Shown in pieces: positions 13,731-26,559 of a DNA stretch of 64,000 bases. The stretch comes from Lama guanicoe. Its lineage: Eukaryota. Location: positions 2,606,499-2,670,498 of the forward strand of contig MU055928.1 in NCBI GenBank assembly GCA_013239625.1, read 5' to 3'. A program made the position numbers and the translations under genes. Each line of letters opens with the position of its first letter. Positions within the stretch are counted from its first letter, which is position 1. A model generated the notes under the pieces. The model saw nothing but the letters and a program-made list of their open reading frames with translations. It did not search any database and was not told the origin of the DNA.

Positions 13731-16700
13731 ACATGAACTGCTCAGTCATATAGAATCTCTCTACAGTCTATTCAGAGGGACAGACAGTCCATAGACAACG
13801 CAGTATAGGATGCCGGGTCAGTGGACGGGTGAGGAAGGGATGAATGTTGCTTGGGAATGGAACTATGAAAAAAACAGTTTTTAAACCTAATCTCAACGTT
13901 TGACCCAAGGTGGGGAGTCCCACTGCAGTCAGAGGGCAGGTGAGCAGGCCGAGTGAGCACTGGGTATAGATCCCATTACAGTGGTGTGGTCTACAGCAGA
14001 GAAGTCCACCTGGTGTGGTCTGGGGGTTGGCGAGAGAGTGTGCTGAACCAAAAGGATATTTTCAGTCTCATCCCTGTGATCGGGTGGTGTGGTTTCTGCT
14101 AAAGAAAAATGGGAAGGTCAGAGCGGAAATTCTCTATGCTAATGAGTACTAGTTCTAAGTTGTACCCGGATTCTTTCCCTAGTATGACTAAGATTCTTAC
14201 TTTATGGGTTTATTGGTAATATTCACCAGCTCATTCTTTTTTTTTTTTAACAGTAGAACATAAATCAGAGAATTTTGAGCTAGAAGGGATCTTAGGTCAC
14301 CTGGTCCCATGCCCTCATTTAACAGGTAAAGAAACTGAGACCAAGAGATGCAAAGCCTCCCAGGATCCATGACAGAAGCCCGTGCAGGATTCCACCAGTC
14401 TTGCTTTTGTAGCTTTTGCTTAGGCTGGTTTTTCTCAAAGAGGTCCAGGGACCAGAAATCACTTTTGGAGAACACTCAAAGTAACTTCTGTGTATTTTAA
14501 ACTATGCCACACTGTTCAATGCAGAGAAAGAAAACAAGGAAGCAATTTAAGCCAAGATTCCTAGTCTTCCGCTTATCTGTAAGAATTCCACAGGACCACG
14601 GAGTTCATCCCTCCTCTATGAAAATGAATAAATCCTGAAACTGGTTAGAACCAGAAGCAGAGACAAAGAAACACTGTTGATGACCCCATTCTGGGTTCCC
14701 AAGTCTGTATTTTTTTACGATACAAATTGTTCCTTTCCTATCAAATAAGAGAAACAACAAATTATAAGACTGATAAAGAAAGAATGTTTTCCCAAAACTC
14801 AGTTGCATTTTCATCATAGCACACGAAAATGTTCTCACCATTTTCTTAACAATGTAAAAATTTCTGGGTCATGGACTTACTGTAAGACTTTGGCCAACAG
14901 TTAACTTCTGTGCTTTCAGGTTTCCTCATCTATCAAGTGATAAAACTAATTGCACCAAATGTTTGGAAAAAAAAGAATAAAATCTTAGATGTTTTCATGT
15001 GCACATTGTGTGGTTTGCAATAGCGATCACGTTGGGAGTAAGGAGCTCGCATTCGTCCATACCTGCTGGGTGCCCAGCTTTGTACTCCATGGATATCAAA
15101 ACTTCACAGAAGGTGCTGCTATCCCCAACTTACAGATGGAGAATCCAAGGCTCAGAGAGGCTGGATAACTTGCCTGAAGTCACTTAGCTAGTCGGTGCCA
15201 GGACTGAAATCCCCACTCAGCTGTATATATGGCTCTAAAGCCCCTTCTACTACATTGAGAGCCTCGTGTATGATGACCCCTCCTTTCTGAGCCTTTCTTT
15301 AAAAAAAAAAAAAGTAATATGGTAATTAATCTGACAGGTTTCATTTTCATTTCCTTCAAGCCTTCACAAAGTCTTAGAGTATGGGAGCTGGGAGAAACAT
15401 TAAAGCAATGGATGGTCTAGGCTTTTATCAGATGGGAGTATAGTTAAGCTGACTCAGGGCAAACGTGCATTGTTTACTGACACATCATATTAGAGCAATT
15501 TGAAAACTTTTTTAAATTACTCAGATCATGTTTAATTTTCAGACTTTTCCTAACAAGCCTATTTAAATGGTACAAACTGCAGTCTAGGCCCCATGTGAAG
15601 ACTAGAAGAGCTAATGTGCTCTGTGTGAACGCCCTCTGCCCACGCTGACGAAGATGAGCAAGTCTTTGAGACTCTCCCTTTGTTCTTTGTTCTGGGGTCT
15701 TTATTCCCCTTACAGGTCTCCTCTCCTCCTCGGGGGCTTCACATCTTCACTCAGTCGGGAGCTGCCTCATTAAGGAAGGAGCTGATCAAGCTGAGCTTAA
15801 GGGGTCCTCATCTACCCAATTCCAGGTTCTCACTAACTTCTGCAGCAAGAGAAGAAGATCAGAAATCAGGCATAAAAAAGAAAGGAAGGATACCATCCCT
15901 AACACGGTCTTCCTTATGACACACTCTTTCATATACACTTTTCATTTAATCTTCACCACAGCCCTGCAAGACAAGTACAATGATCTCCAGGTGTACATCA
16001 AAATAACTGAAGTTTAGAAAAGTTAAGTCACAGATCTAGATCATAATAGAGTTGAAATTCAATGCCAGTCTTGGATGAGCAAAAGTCTCTATTTATTCCT
16101 CTACCCCTGGGTTTGGATATGTGGGACCAACTGTCTTTTTCTGCACCTTTGGCCACTGACCTCACTCCAACCCAAGCCTACTACCTGGAGGAGGCTTGTC
16201 ATTGGCCACCCAAAAAGCTGGCTGAGATTTTGGATTATTTTTCGCCAATCCATTTTCCCTGCAGGAAATTCAAATATATGTCCCAGTGGCTGTGACTAAA
16301 AACATCATCTGAGCACAAAGGACAGCCCAGTGGGAAGATGATGCTGACTCATCCTGTCTGCTATCTGCCTGGCCTTGGATCTCTGCAGTGTACATTTCCT
16401 CCCCAGCAAACTGCCTAGACCTGTTCTTTCTCAGCTTTGGTTCCAGGTCAATTTTCCAGTCTAGCAAGGCCACTTTGAATACAGATGCTATTTTTTAAGG
16501 TCTGACACCTTCTCATGAGCATGCCCTCCACCAAGTGAACAAACACACTCCCTACTCTGTTATCGAATAATTGTCAACAAAAGTGAGTTGTCTACTTGGC
16601 AGCTGCGTGAACTTCACTCCTGAGGGAAAACCTGACCCCTACCTGGCAAGGGGACCAGTTCAGAGTTCCAGCCCACTTTATTCTTCAACCCCTTCAGGTA

Positions 16701-19700
16701 GTATGGGATGGAGGGAACCACTGTGGAGGGAATGGTTTATAAGGACACTGTGACATGGCTTGAAACACAAGTCTCAAGGACTTTGAAAGAGTTAATGAGC
16801 AATCTGTCCTCTGGCCATGGACCCCTCAGAAACCTACTCTTTCACTGCTCCAACCACGTCCTTCCAAAGAAAATAGCTTAAGGAATGGTTTACTCACTTA
16901 CAGGTTCTGGGTCAAATGCTTCTTTGGTCTTGAAGAGCTTAAGAACAACAAACATTTTCTCCCCTGTATCAAGTAACTGCTGGCCCTCGGCTGAACCCCT
17001 GCTTCCATCTGCAATTCCTCAGCCCCTGAACATTGCTGGATGTGTGTTCGCTGTACGTTATTTGTTCTTGATGCTATCTTACGGCTTCTCTTTAACCAAA
17101 CAAGACTCTCCACCAGCACAAATAGCTCCCAGGAAAACAGTTCAGAGCAAGTATTTGTGGGGAATGCTGACAGCCTCCAAACAAAGGAAAAGTTGTTTTC
17201 CACGTCTCCACATTTGAATCCACTTGTTGGAACCTATTAGCACATTCCACTGTCCCTGTGGACAGGCTGCTAATAGATCTGGAGAATAAGAGTGGTAGGA
17301 AATGCTGTTAAAGTTGGAGTTTTGTCTTGTTACCTGGAGAGTGAATTACATAAAAGTGCCTAATTTTTTCCTAGGCATCTGGCAGACCCACCACGGCAGA
17401 ATATGGAGAGCTGCCTCACCCTAATACCTCTCAAACATCAGCAAGGCACAGGGGACAGCTTTTAGGGATTCCAGACACTGAGTAGCAGGCCACAAATGAC
17501 ATTCTTTTGACAACTAATTAAGCAGCAGCCCTCCAGCAACTGAGACACGAGCTGCTTCCCCACAAAGCTCTGTAGAGAGGAGGACAGACCTGGATCACCC
17601 GGCTGAGCAGCTACCAGGTTGATTTTGGAATACAATTGCCATTTATGTCACCAAATTAGAAAATCAATACTGTTTTTTATTTACATAAAACATTAAAGGA
17701 AAGTTAGGATAAAGTACCGACATACCCAGAAATACATACACACATGCACACACACTTCACCCACCGCTTTTATTCACAGATGCTCACCCCTTGGTACCAC
17801 ACGTTCTTTCAGGCATGGAAAGGTATCGTAATCATAAATGCTAGAGGCCAGATCTGCGATCTGGAAAAGGTGAAGTGAAAGCAGTGTCAGTGGTTATTTG
17901 GGTAGAGACACACCCATACACAGTTTCATTTCATGGTTCTTTTGTAGTTACCAGTCAGGGATCATTTGCTTGCAAGAAAAACTCATTCAAACTAACTTCA
18001 GTAAAAAGGTGAGCCTATTTGCTGATTGTATTATCTTCTCTTTGATAATCTGTTTATTTAATCTGTATCTCATTAGGCCAGAGTCTGTTTGATCTTGGCA
18101 GGTGTGCTGGTTTTCCTCCATTTCTTCCACCCGCTCTCTACCCCTCAGGCTCTGTTCTGTCCCCCAGAAGACCCCTTGCTGGTTGCTTCCTGTTGGGCTT
18201 AGCCAGTGGGAGGCATCACCAGGAGATCAGAAGGTGAGAAAACGAGGCAGAGGTATTTCTTCCTCAGGCCCTCCTGGCCTGCCTCCTAGAGCCCCTTCAC
18301 TGAAACCATTTCATCTGCACCATCCAAGTGAAACTTCGTGTTCTGCCTATCACAGAACCTCTAGCTCTTTGACATCCGTTCAGTCATTCTTCAGCCTCAA
18401 TTGCTTTCGAGCTCTACATAAGCAAATTCAAGCTAACACTCTTTCTCTTCCAAAACTTATTCTCTCTCTTCCCAACTTGACCATAGTTAAGTTTCTGGTA
18501 TCTAATCATTATCAGTGATTGCCATCTATTCTTTCACTCATTTGGGAAATAGTAGCGTCTGTGTTTTACAAATACATAGTCTCTATTAATCCTGTTCAGC
18601 CTGTTACCACAGTCGAGGTTACATTTTGAGTCCTGCAATGTCCTCTAGGCTCCAAGCCCCAGCGGGTCAAGTCCAGAGTACTTTTGCATTTGACTGTATC
18701 CACATCACCAAGTACAGTTCCTGGTTCATGGAAGCAGTTGATAAAATGCGTGTGAACTTTAAAAGAGAAGTAATAAGGAGGAGGAAGAAGAGGAGGAATC
18801 TGTTTGTGCCCTTAGGTTCATCTGTTCTAGAAAAACTTACAACAGTAATAAAAATATTGCCAATAAGAGCAATATTTATAAGTACCAACTGTATTCTATG
18901 ACTGTGGTTGAGTATATTATCTCATTTAATCCTTGTAACAATCCAATGAGTTAAATAAATAGGATTTTTATCTCCATATAAGTGATAAAGAAAATGAGAT
19001 CTCAAGGGGTGAGGAATTTGTTCTAGGTCACCAAACTAGTATGTGACAGAACCAACCTAGGTCTGACAGTCTACAAAATCTGCACTCCTAACCAAATCCT
19101 ATCCCACCCATATGCATGGCTGTGGGATTCCTTCTGCAGCCTACAGTGTACCTCTCCTCCAGCTGCTACATAGTCCATACTTCAAAACTGGAAAGTGTCC
19201 CTCCAATTCTGTCTGGAGGCATCTTCCACTGAGTCTTCTCTTCAAGTTAGATATCCCCAACTGTTCAGTTATTCTTCATATGGCATGGTTTACAGACTTC
19301 TCACTTTTTTCTAGGCTAGCTTGGCCCTAAGTTCTTATTTAGCACCTCCCCACCCTTCTGTCCTCAGCAGGGACCTCTTCTAGTGTCAATGACCTTTCCA
19401 TCCAGAACTGATCACACCAAGTTGGCACGGCACTGTAGACCTGGGATGTCCTAATTGGGAGCAATGCATCATCAGACTGATTGTCATAAAAGGTCACTAT
19501 ATGATTTACAAGAGTTGTGTGTATGTGTGTGTATGTGTTTAAGGGAAGAAAGATGCTAAAGGAAGAGAAAGCAGGACCTGTATTCTGAAAGCTGTCTTTA
19601 AGCAAGGCTTTTCTTGATTGTGGCTGCTTAGCGAGCCTGGAACCCCAGAATCCATTCATCCTTGAACATCAGAAACATCTTTTAGACAAATGAGAACAAG

Positions 19701-19904
19701 CACGTTTCCAAATCTGTGAACCTCCGTGTACAATAAGGTGAGATCTGTTTGATCTCCTTGTCTAGAGATCAAAGATACTTCCCAAGTCCTAAAGTGAAGG
19801 ATTTCACTGGAGTGAAATTGGGGGTTATCACCTCTCCCAGAAAGTAGCCCTCTGGTGTCAACTGCTGGTTTGAGAAGTTCTTTCTGCCTGAGTTATTAGA
19901 ATAG

Positions 19905-20622
19905 ATAAGGCATTCACAGATACTTTTTGTGCGTGTATGCTGTGGATTCCTCGACAGCCTGGTGAAGCCTATGCACCCCCTTTTGATGACTGTGTTTATA
20001 AATGAATAACCTAATTACATAGGAGTTTCAAAGAAATCCATTACAGTTGACCCATGAACAGCACGAGTTTGAACTGAGCTGTTTCACTTGAGTGGATTTT
20101 TTAAAATAATAAATACTATGGTACTTCACTGGTCAGGGGTTGGTTGAATCCACAGATACAGAATCACATATACAGAGGAACTGAGTACATGGAGGAACCA
20201 TGGATACAGAGGGGCACTATAAGTGAATTTTCGACCATGCTGGGGTCGGCACCCCAACCCCCACGTTGTTCAAGGGTTAACTGTGTACTGAAAAATAGTC
20301 GTAAAAACATTTTTAAATTGTGATATAACAATGTGTTTCTTTATTAGTGCTTTAAAGATTAATATCTATATCTAATAACCGTCATAAATTGGAAGGAGCA
20401 ATGAGCACAAGTGGTGTTTCAAGATGTCTGCAACAACTAACATCATGGGAAACTGATTGTTATTGGTGACAAAGTCACAGGTTCTGTTAGTTTGTCACCT
20501 ACACTTATAACTGAAAGAAATGATAACCTTCAGGTGAAGGTTAATGAAAATAAAAAGATAATTTTTCTCAGCAAAATTCTGAGACCCCCTCAAATTGTGT
20601 GGACCCCAGAATGAGAACCACC
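19905..20622. mobile_element. hAT-Charlie non-autonomous element (MER119-like), interrupted by a Tigger2 element
   Basis: gcctggtgaagcctatg...acataggag...; end ...ggaccccagaatgagaacc resembles the recalled MER119 consensus. Confidence 0.6.
20044..20283. mobile_element. Tigger2-family MITE (TcMar)
   Basis: Terminal inverted repeats cagttgacccatgaaca ... tgttcaagggttaactg, preceded by TA. Confidence 0.8.
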
Positions 20623-21947
20623 AGTTAAAGAACTGAAACATTATAGTCCTAATGGGAAAGACTATAGAAGAAACTAACTCATTTTACAGACGGGCAAAGG
20701 TTGCTTTGGGAAGTTTGAGATGCCCTTCCATTTTGTGATGACCTTGCAGGTTCTAGTTCTGAGTATTCTGTCTTTTACTTATTGAGAAGTCAGTGGGAAA
20801 GGTAAGAGTGAAAATTTAGGGACTGGTTTCTGCTTGGCACATGTTTACAATTTTATCCTTTATAAGCTAAATACGGAGAAAAGAAAAAAAATGGTCCAGT
20901 CCATAAGGAGCCTCACTCCCGGACCCCTGGCTAGAGCTTGCATATTGCCAAGTCCCCTCACCCCATAAACACAAGCCCAGAGAAATCTCTCTCATCTTAC
21001 CCTAGAATGACATCCCCAAGCATTCAAAGAGGCACATTTCTTACTTTCAGCTGATAATGAGAATGCTAACTGGGGGAAACATAATTTAAACTTCAATAGA
21101 TTCTTTGGGAGAAAGTCACAGACTCCTCAGTGAAAGATTTTCACTGACTTCTTGACTTGTCAAGTCCCAACCATCCTTGGAATCACATGGGTTCCTGTGA
21201 GATAGACATCCAGCAGAGGTCACTGGACACCATTCCCCAGCTTCACACGGCCTCACTCCTCATCTCCTCCCCTGCCTTGTAGCCCAACTAGGTCACTCAA
21301 GGCCCCAAAAAGAGCAGGAAAATCAAATCATCTCTACCGGTCTTCCCATGGAAGACAACAGAATGTCTGAAGATCAGAAAACCTTTTATACAATTTCAGA
21401 TCTGAAAGTTGCCACGGAGACGATGGACCAGGGTCACTAACAGTAATCTGGGTAGGATAGTTTGTGCAAAAGCATCTGAGTCTCCTACACTAAATGCCAG
21501 AAGCACCCACCTCATGTCTCTGTGACAGCCACAGGAACCTCCCCACATTTCCAAACACTCCCTAGGGGTAGTCATACAGCCTGTGATTGTGGTTGAGAAC
21601 CACTGAATGAAAACAAAGCACAAAGAAGTTAATGAGTTCCTAAGATGTAGGGATAGCCAACTTATTTATTCATAACCCTGCTTATTTCCAAAACTGATTT
21701 GAATGTGTTGAGTGACCTAGTTTTATTTGGCTATAATCCTTATCTTCATTTTACACATGAGGGAACTTCCCAGAGTCACACAGCTAGAAAGTAGCGATGA
21801 GAACTCAAGCGTTTAGCACAAGTCCCACCATGTTAACCCCTCTGCCACTCAGTAGTGTCTGCCGGGCACTGGGCAACTGTGGGCACCACATGTTAGGCGC
21901 TGGTGCTGCCCTGACACTGAGTGTGACAAATGTCTTCATCCCTACAG

Positions 21948-22094
21948 GTGATGCAAGGAGCAGCCACATGTTTCTATGCTTTCATTGGCTTTGACATCAT
22001 TGCCACCACCGGAGAGGAAGCCAAGAATCCCAACACATCCATCCCGTATGCTATCACCGCCTCCCTCGTCATCTGCCTGACAGCCTATGTGTCC
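21948..22094 (+). CDS. SLC7A14: SLC7A14 coding exon 5, 147 bp
   Basis: Acceptor ccctacag, donor gtaagt at 22095. Encodes [49 protein letters not shown], including the APC-fold motif FIGFD..A..GEEAKNP. Confidence 0.97.
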
Positions 22095-22236
22095 GTAAGT
22101 ACCAAATGCTTATGGGGCCCTCCTCATGGTCTTTTCATATCTGACCTTAAAACATGACTCTGGGGCTGGGTTTCCTTCTGTCAGGAAGTAATCCTTTCCT
22201 TGTGCCTTCTTGGTGTTTGTATGCATATGTTTCGTG

Positions 22237-22690
22237 TTGCTCCCTCTTTTTACACTGGCTCAAGCTCACCCCACCCGCCGAGGACAAGAAGAAAATCAGG
22301 GCTCCAAACTGGAGACAGGAGAAGCCCCAGGCCCTCACTTCAGCCAGGGCCTGCACCCCTGCTCCTCCCTCTGCACAGGCTCCTGGTGTCAGCTGCTGCC
22401 CAGGGAATAGTGTGCAGGGAGTGGGCTGCCGTCCAAGGAGCTCAGATCATAGGCTGGCAGTAACGGGTGGGTGTGCGAGCAGAGGCATTGTGGGCCTCTG
22501 TGCACCTTCCTCAATGCTCCTCTGTCTTCTGGGAGCTTCCCAGCAGCAAAGAGGCGAGGCTTTCCCAAAGTGGAGGAAGGGAACACATCGTCCTCTAGAG
22601 GTGCTCTTCCCCTAAGTCTAGGAGGGGGCAGGGGAATGCAATGTCTTTCTGCTCTTGCTCCATCTGTTTACACTGGCTCAAGCTCACCCC
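22237..22690 (+). repeat. 36-bp direct repeat pair (22237-22272 and 22655-22690), 2 mismatches
   Basis: ttgctcc(c/a)tct(t/g)tttacactggctcaagctcacccc occurs twice, 418 bp apart. Confidence 0.9.
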
Positions 22691-24591
22691 TTCAGGTTTC
22701 CCTGCTCAGGGAAGTCCTCAGAATGAACCCTCCAGGCTTGTCTCCTCAGGATCACGCCCCTGAGACACTCCTCACACTTCTGATGTGTCATCTCACAGGT
22801 CCCACCCCAGAATCTCTCACAGAAATAGTTCGGCCCCATCCAACATCCCCTCGGCCCCTGGCAACAGCAAGAACCAGCTGGTAAGCCAACAGGAGTGTGG
22901 TCACACAAATCCCCCAAGTCCTGGGGGTCCCACCCATTCAGTCACCACAGTTAGGAAAGAGTCACCAGCCAGGGTGCGCCCTATCAGCCCTGCTGTTCCT
23001 GCGGCAAGAATCTCCTTCCCACCCTGCACATCCGCCTCAGCCCCGCCAAAAAAAAAAAAACTTTAGCAACAGCCTGCAGAAGCCAGGCCAGTGGACCACT
23101 AAGGCAAGCTGCCAAACAGGACTGTCCTGGAAGCCAACAGAAAACACGAGAGCAGTGCTGCATGCGGGCCGCCGGCCACGTTCCCGGCCAGGTCAGTTAT
23201 CACCTCCCCATGCACACATGCAACCGGCTTCATCTCGTCCACCCCTGATTCTCTCTGCAGACTGTGATCAGGAACAGCTGGGCTGGGGGCAGCAGAGACA
23301 CTCTCTTCCGCATTTCCCCTGCTGTTCCTCCCTCATACACCCCCTCCTGCAGGGGTCAAGCACTGCAGCACACACAGTGACGTTAATAATCGCAATTCCT
23401 TCCCTAGAATAGTGCTCTATACACTAGAGTAGTCTCTGCACCCAAATTTTGGCCCATCCTAATCTAACGCAGGCAAGAGACCCAATGAGAATTGCTGTAA
23501 GAATCAATCCCACTCTCCTCCAGTGTACCCCCCAACATCCCCAAAGGGGACGTTGCAAGTGGTGGCGTTGCTGGGACAGATTCCCTTTCAGAATATATGG
23601 GCCACAACCATGCCGTGCAGTGATCAGGTCTCATGTTGGTCAGCAGGCTGCCACTCTACCACCAGGAGAGCCACAGTGCTGCCTGTGGCAGTCCATGCCA
23701 TCCTCCCCAGTGGTCCATGGCTTCACTGGAGGATCTTGGCTTTTGAGAATATAGGCAAAGAAGTGATCTAGAAATGAACCACTCTCTCCTTTTCAAGCTC
23801 TAGACTCCCTTTGTGATGCCAGCATTGGCCTTCACAGGCCAGGGTTGGGGGGCACCTGGCCTTACGACTGGTGGTTCCATTGCCTGGAGCCAATTATGAA
23901 GGGAGGGTTGTTATGGCAGATCTATGAAATATGAAGAGAAATAGGCCCTGATTAAGCAAAGCCATAGTGGTGTTGTAGCCCAGAGTAGAACTGGATTCCA
24001 TCCTGATGCCATAATTTGTTTCTTCGCCTGCCTGGTTCCTAGGACGGAGCTACAGAGAGGGAATGGAAATATGAGTCCCATCAGTTAATCAGCTGTGACC
24101 CTACTATGCACTTATCTTCAGAGTTTTGATCTCTGGCCTTTGGGGTAAGAAGTAGTATGGATAAGACCCCATGGGACCCTGAAAGTGCAAAAGAAACGAG
24201 TCTTGTCCATGTGGGCAAGGTGCTCGAGGTCACTGCCAGGTCCTGGCTGCACTGCCTTTGGCTGCAGCTCCTCCTACCTGATAATATCTACTTGAACCCT
24301 CAGTGTAGCTCTGCTTTCGTGAAGCTGAAACACCTGCAGATTTATTCCTCAGATGTGAAAGGGCCAGAGAGAGATATTAGTAATCACCTGGCCCAACCCA
24401 CTAGATTCACATGTGGGGAGAAAATACTGAGACCAAGAGCTCCAGAGGCCAAATAACTGTTCTAAAGTAAAGGCAGGTGCCAAGAAGTGGCAGATCCAAG
24501 CTCCAGTGCAGGCCTCTTTCCTCTCCTATGGGACACCCATCCATGCTTCAGTCCTCTCCACCTCCCGCCATGTTTCCTCTTGTTTTAACAG

Positions 24592-24800
24592 GTGAGCATG
24601 ATCTTAACTCTGATGGTGCCATATTACGCCATTGACACAGAATCCCCACTCATGGAGATGTTTGTGGCTCACGGGTTCTATGCTGCAAAATTCGTAGTGG
24701 CCATCGGGTCAGTTGCAGGACTGACAGTCAGCTTGCTGGGCTCCCTCTTCCCAATGCCGAGGGTCATTTATGCCATGGCTGGTGATGGGCTCCTTTTCAG
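24592..24800 (+). CDS. SLC7A14: SLC7A14 coding exon 6, 209 bp
   Basis: Acceptor tgttttaacag, donor gtaagg at 24801. Encodes [33 protein letters not shown]...[19 protein letters not shown](R). Confidence 0.97.
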
Positions 24801-25681
24801 GTAAGGGCTATGCTCCATGACATTTATTCTATTCTTCCATCCCTGTCCAGGGACTGTTACCCACTGTCAGCGGACTATAATTTTCATGTGAGTGTCTGTC
24901 ACATAGACCATGGGACTTGTCAAATGTCTTCGCAAAGAATTTGAGTGAAATTAGCTTAGGTCCTATAACAGCCTCTCAGTTTGATTCTGGGTCCTTCTAT
25001 GTAGCACACCTGATATGTTCTCCCACCTACCCCCTTCCCTCTTATTTGACATCGTGTGCTCCTCTGTAAAGATGATGGGTACCAAAATGCTACACTGGGT
25101 GGCCTCCAGAAGGAAGAACCCATCCCAGGGGCATCTGAGGCTTGCACTCACATTGAAGCCTGGTAACTGTCCCTCTGAAGTTGAAAAAGTTCGAAGTTAC
25201 AATCAAAGAGAGAATAAAACCCTCTGAACAGAACCTAATAGTAGCAACAATCGCTGAAAATACCTATCTCTAACAAGCTCCAAGGTGATGCTGACGCTGC
25301 TGATCTGTGGACCACACTTTTGGGTAACACAGGTATAGAGGACCTCCAAGCAACTGTATGACTTCTCCAACTACCCTTTTTTCAGAGCAAAGCCTGGGCT
25401 TCAATTTAGATTTCTGAAATACCTCCTAGAATCAATCAATCTGTCATACTACATAATGAAGTAGGAACTTTAATAAAGAAGTCTGTCTCAAAACCAAGGA
25501 ATTAAAGGGAATTCTCTTTAAATTATATTCAGGGAACCAAAGCCTGGGTAGGAATAGCAACTGACTTAAAGCAGTGGGTCCAGAAGTAAACTGGAGAAGC
25601 AGGATCAGGGGGTGTTAAGCCATGCTGAATCTATCACCGTGCATAGCCCACTGTTAACCTTCTGCTTCCCTCTCCCTCCAG

Positions 25682-26559
25682 GTTCCTGGCTCATGTGAGC
25701 TCCTACACAGAGACCCCAGTGGTGGCCTGCATCGTGTCAGGGTTCCTGGCAGCCCTTCTCTCCCTATTAGTCAGCCTGAGAGACTTGATTGAGATGATGT
25801 CCATCGGCACTCTCCTCGCCTACACTTTGGTCTCTGTCTGTGTCTTGCTCCTTCGATACCAACCAGAGAGTGACATTGATGGCTTTGTCAAGTTCTTGTC
25901 TGAGGAGCACACAAAGAAGAAGGAGGGCATTCTGGCTGACTGTGAGAAGGAAGTTTGTTCTCCTGTGAGTGAAGGGGAAGAATTTTCCGGCCCAGCCACC
26001 AACACATGTGGAGCCAAGAACTTACCATCTTTGGGAGACAACGAGATGCTCATCGGGAAATCAGACAAGTCAACCTACAACGTCAACCACCCCAACTACG
26101 GCACCGTGGACATGACCACAGGCATAGAAGCTGACGAATCTGAAAACATTTATCTCATCAAGTTAAAGAAGCTTATTGGGCCCCGTTACTACACCATGAG
26201 GATCCGGCTGGGCCTTCCAGGCAAGATGGACCGGCCCACAGCAGCCACGGGGCACACAGTGACTGTCTGTGTGCTCCTGCTCTTCATCCTCATGTTCATC
26301 TTCTGCTCCTTCATCATCTTTGGTTCCGACTACATCTCAGAGAAGAGCTGGTGGGCCATTCTTCTGGTTGTTCTGATGGTGCTGCTGATCAGCGCTCTGG
26401 TGTTTGTGATCCTGCAGCAGCCAGAGAACCCCAAGAAGCTGCCCTACATGGCCCCTTGTCTCCCCTTTGTGCCTGCCTTTGCCATGCTGGTGAACATATA
26501 TCTCATGCTAAAGCTCTCCACCATCACATGGATCCGGTTTGCAGTCTGGTGCTTTGTGG
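25682..26559 (+). CDS. SLC7A14: SLC7A14 coding exon 7, 878 bp
   Basis: Acceptor tctccctccag, donor gtaagc at 26560. Open throughout: (R)FLAHVSSYTETPVVACIVSG...MMSIGTLLAYTLVSVCVLLLRYQP...WIRFAVWCFV(G). Confidence 0.97.

Noticed and set aside
22237..22690. CRISPR-like 36-bp repeat
   Set aside because: Only two copies with a ~380-bp spacer, in a mammalian intron, with no cas genes.
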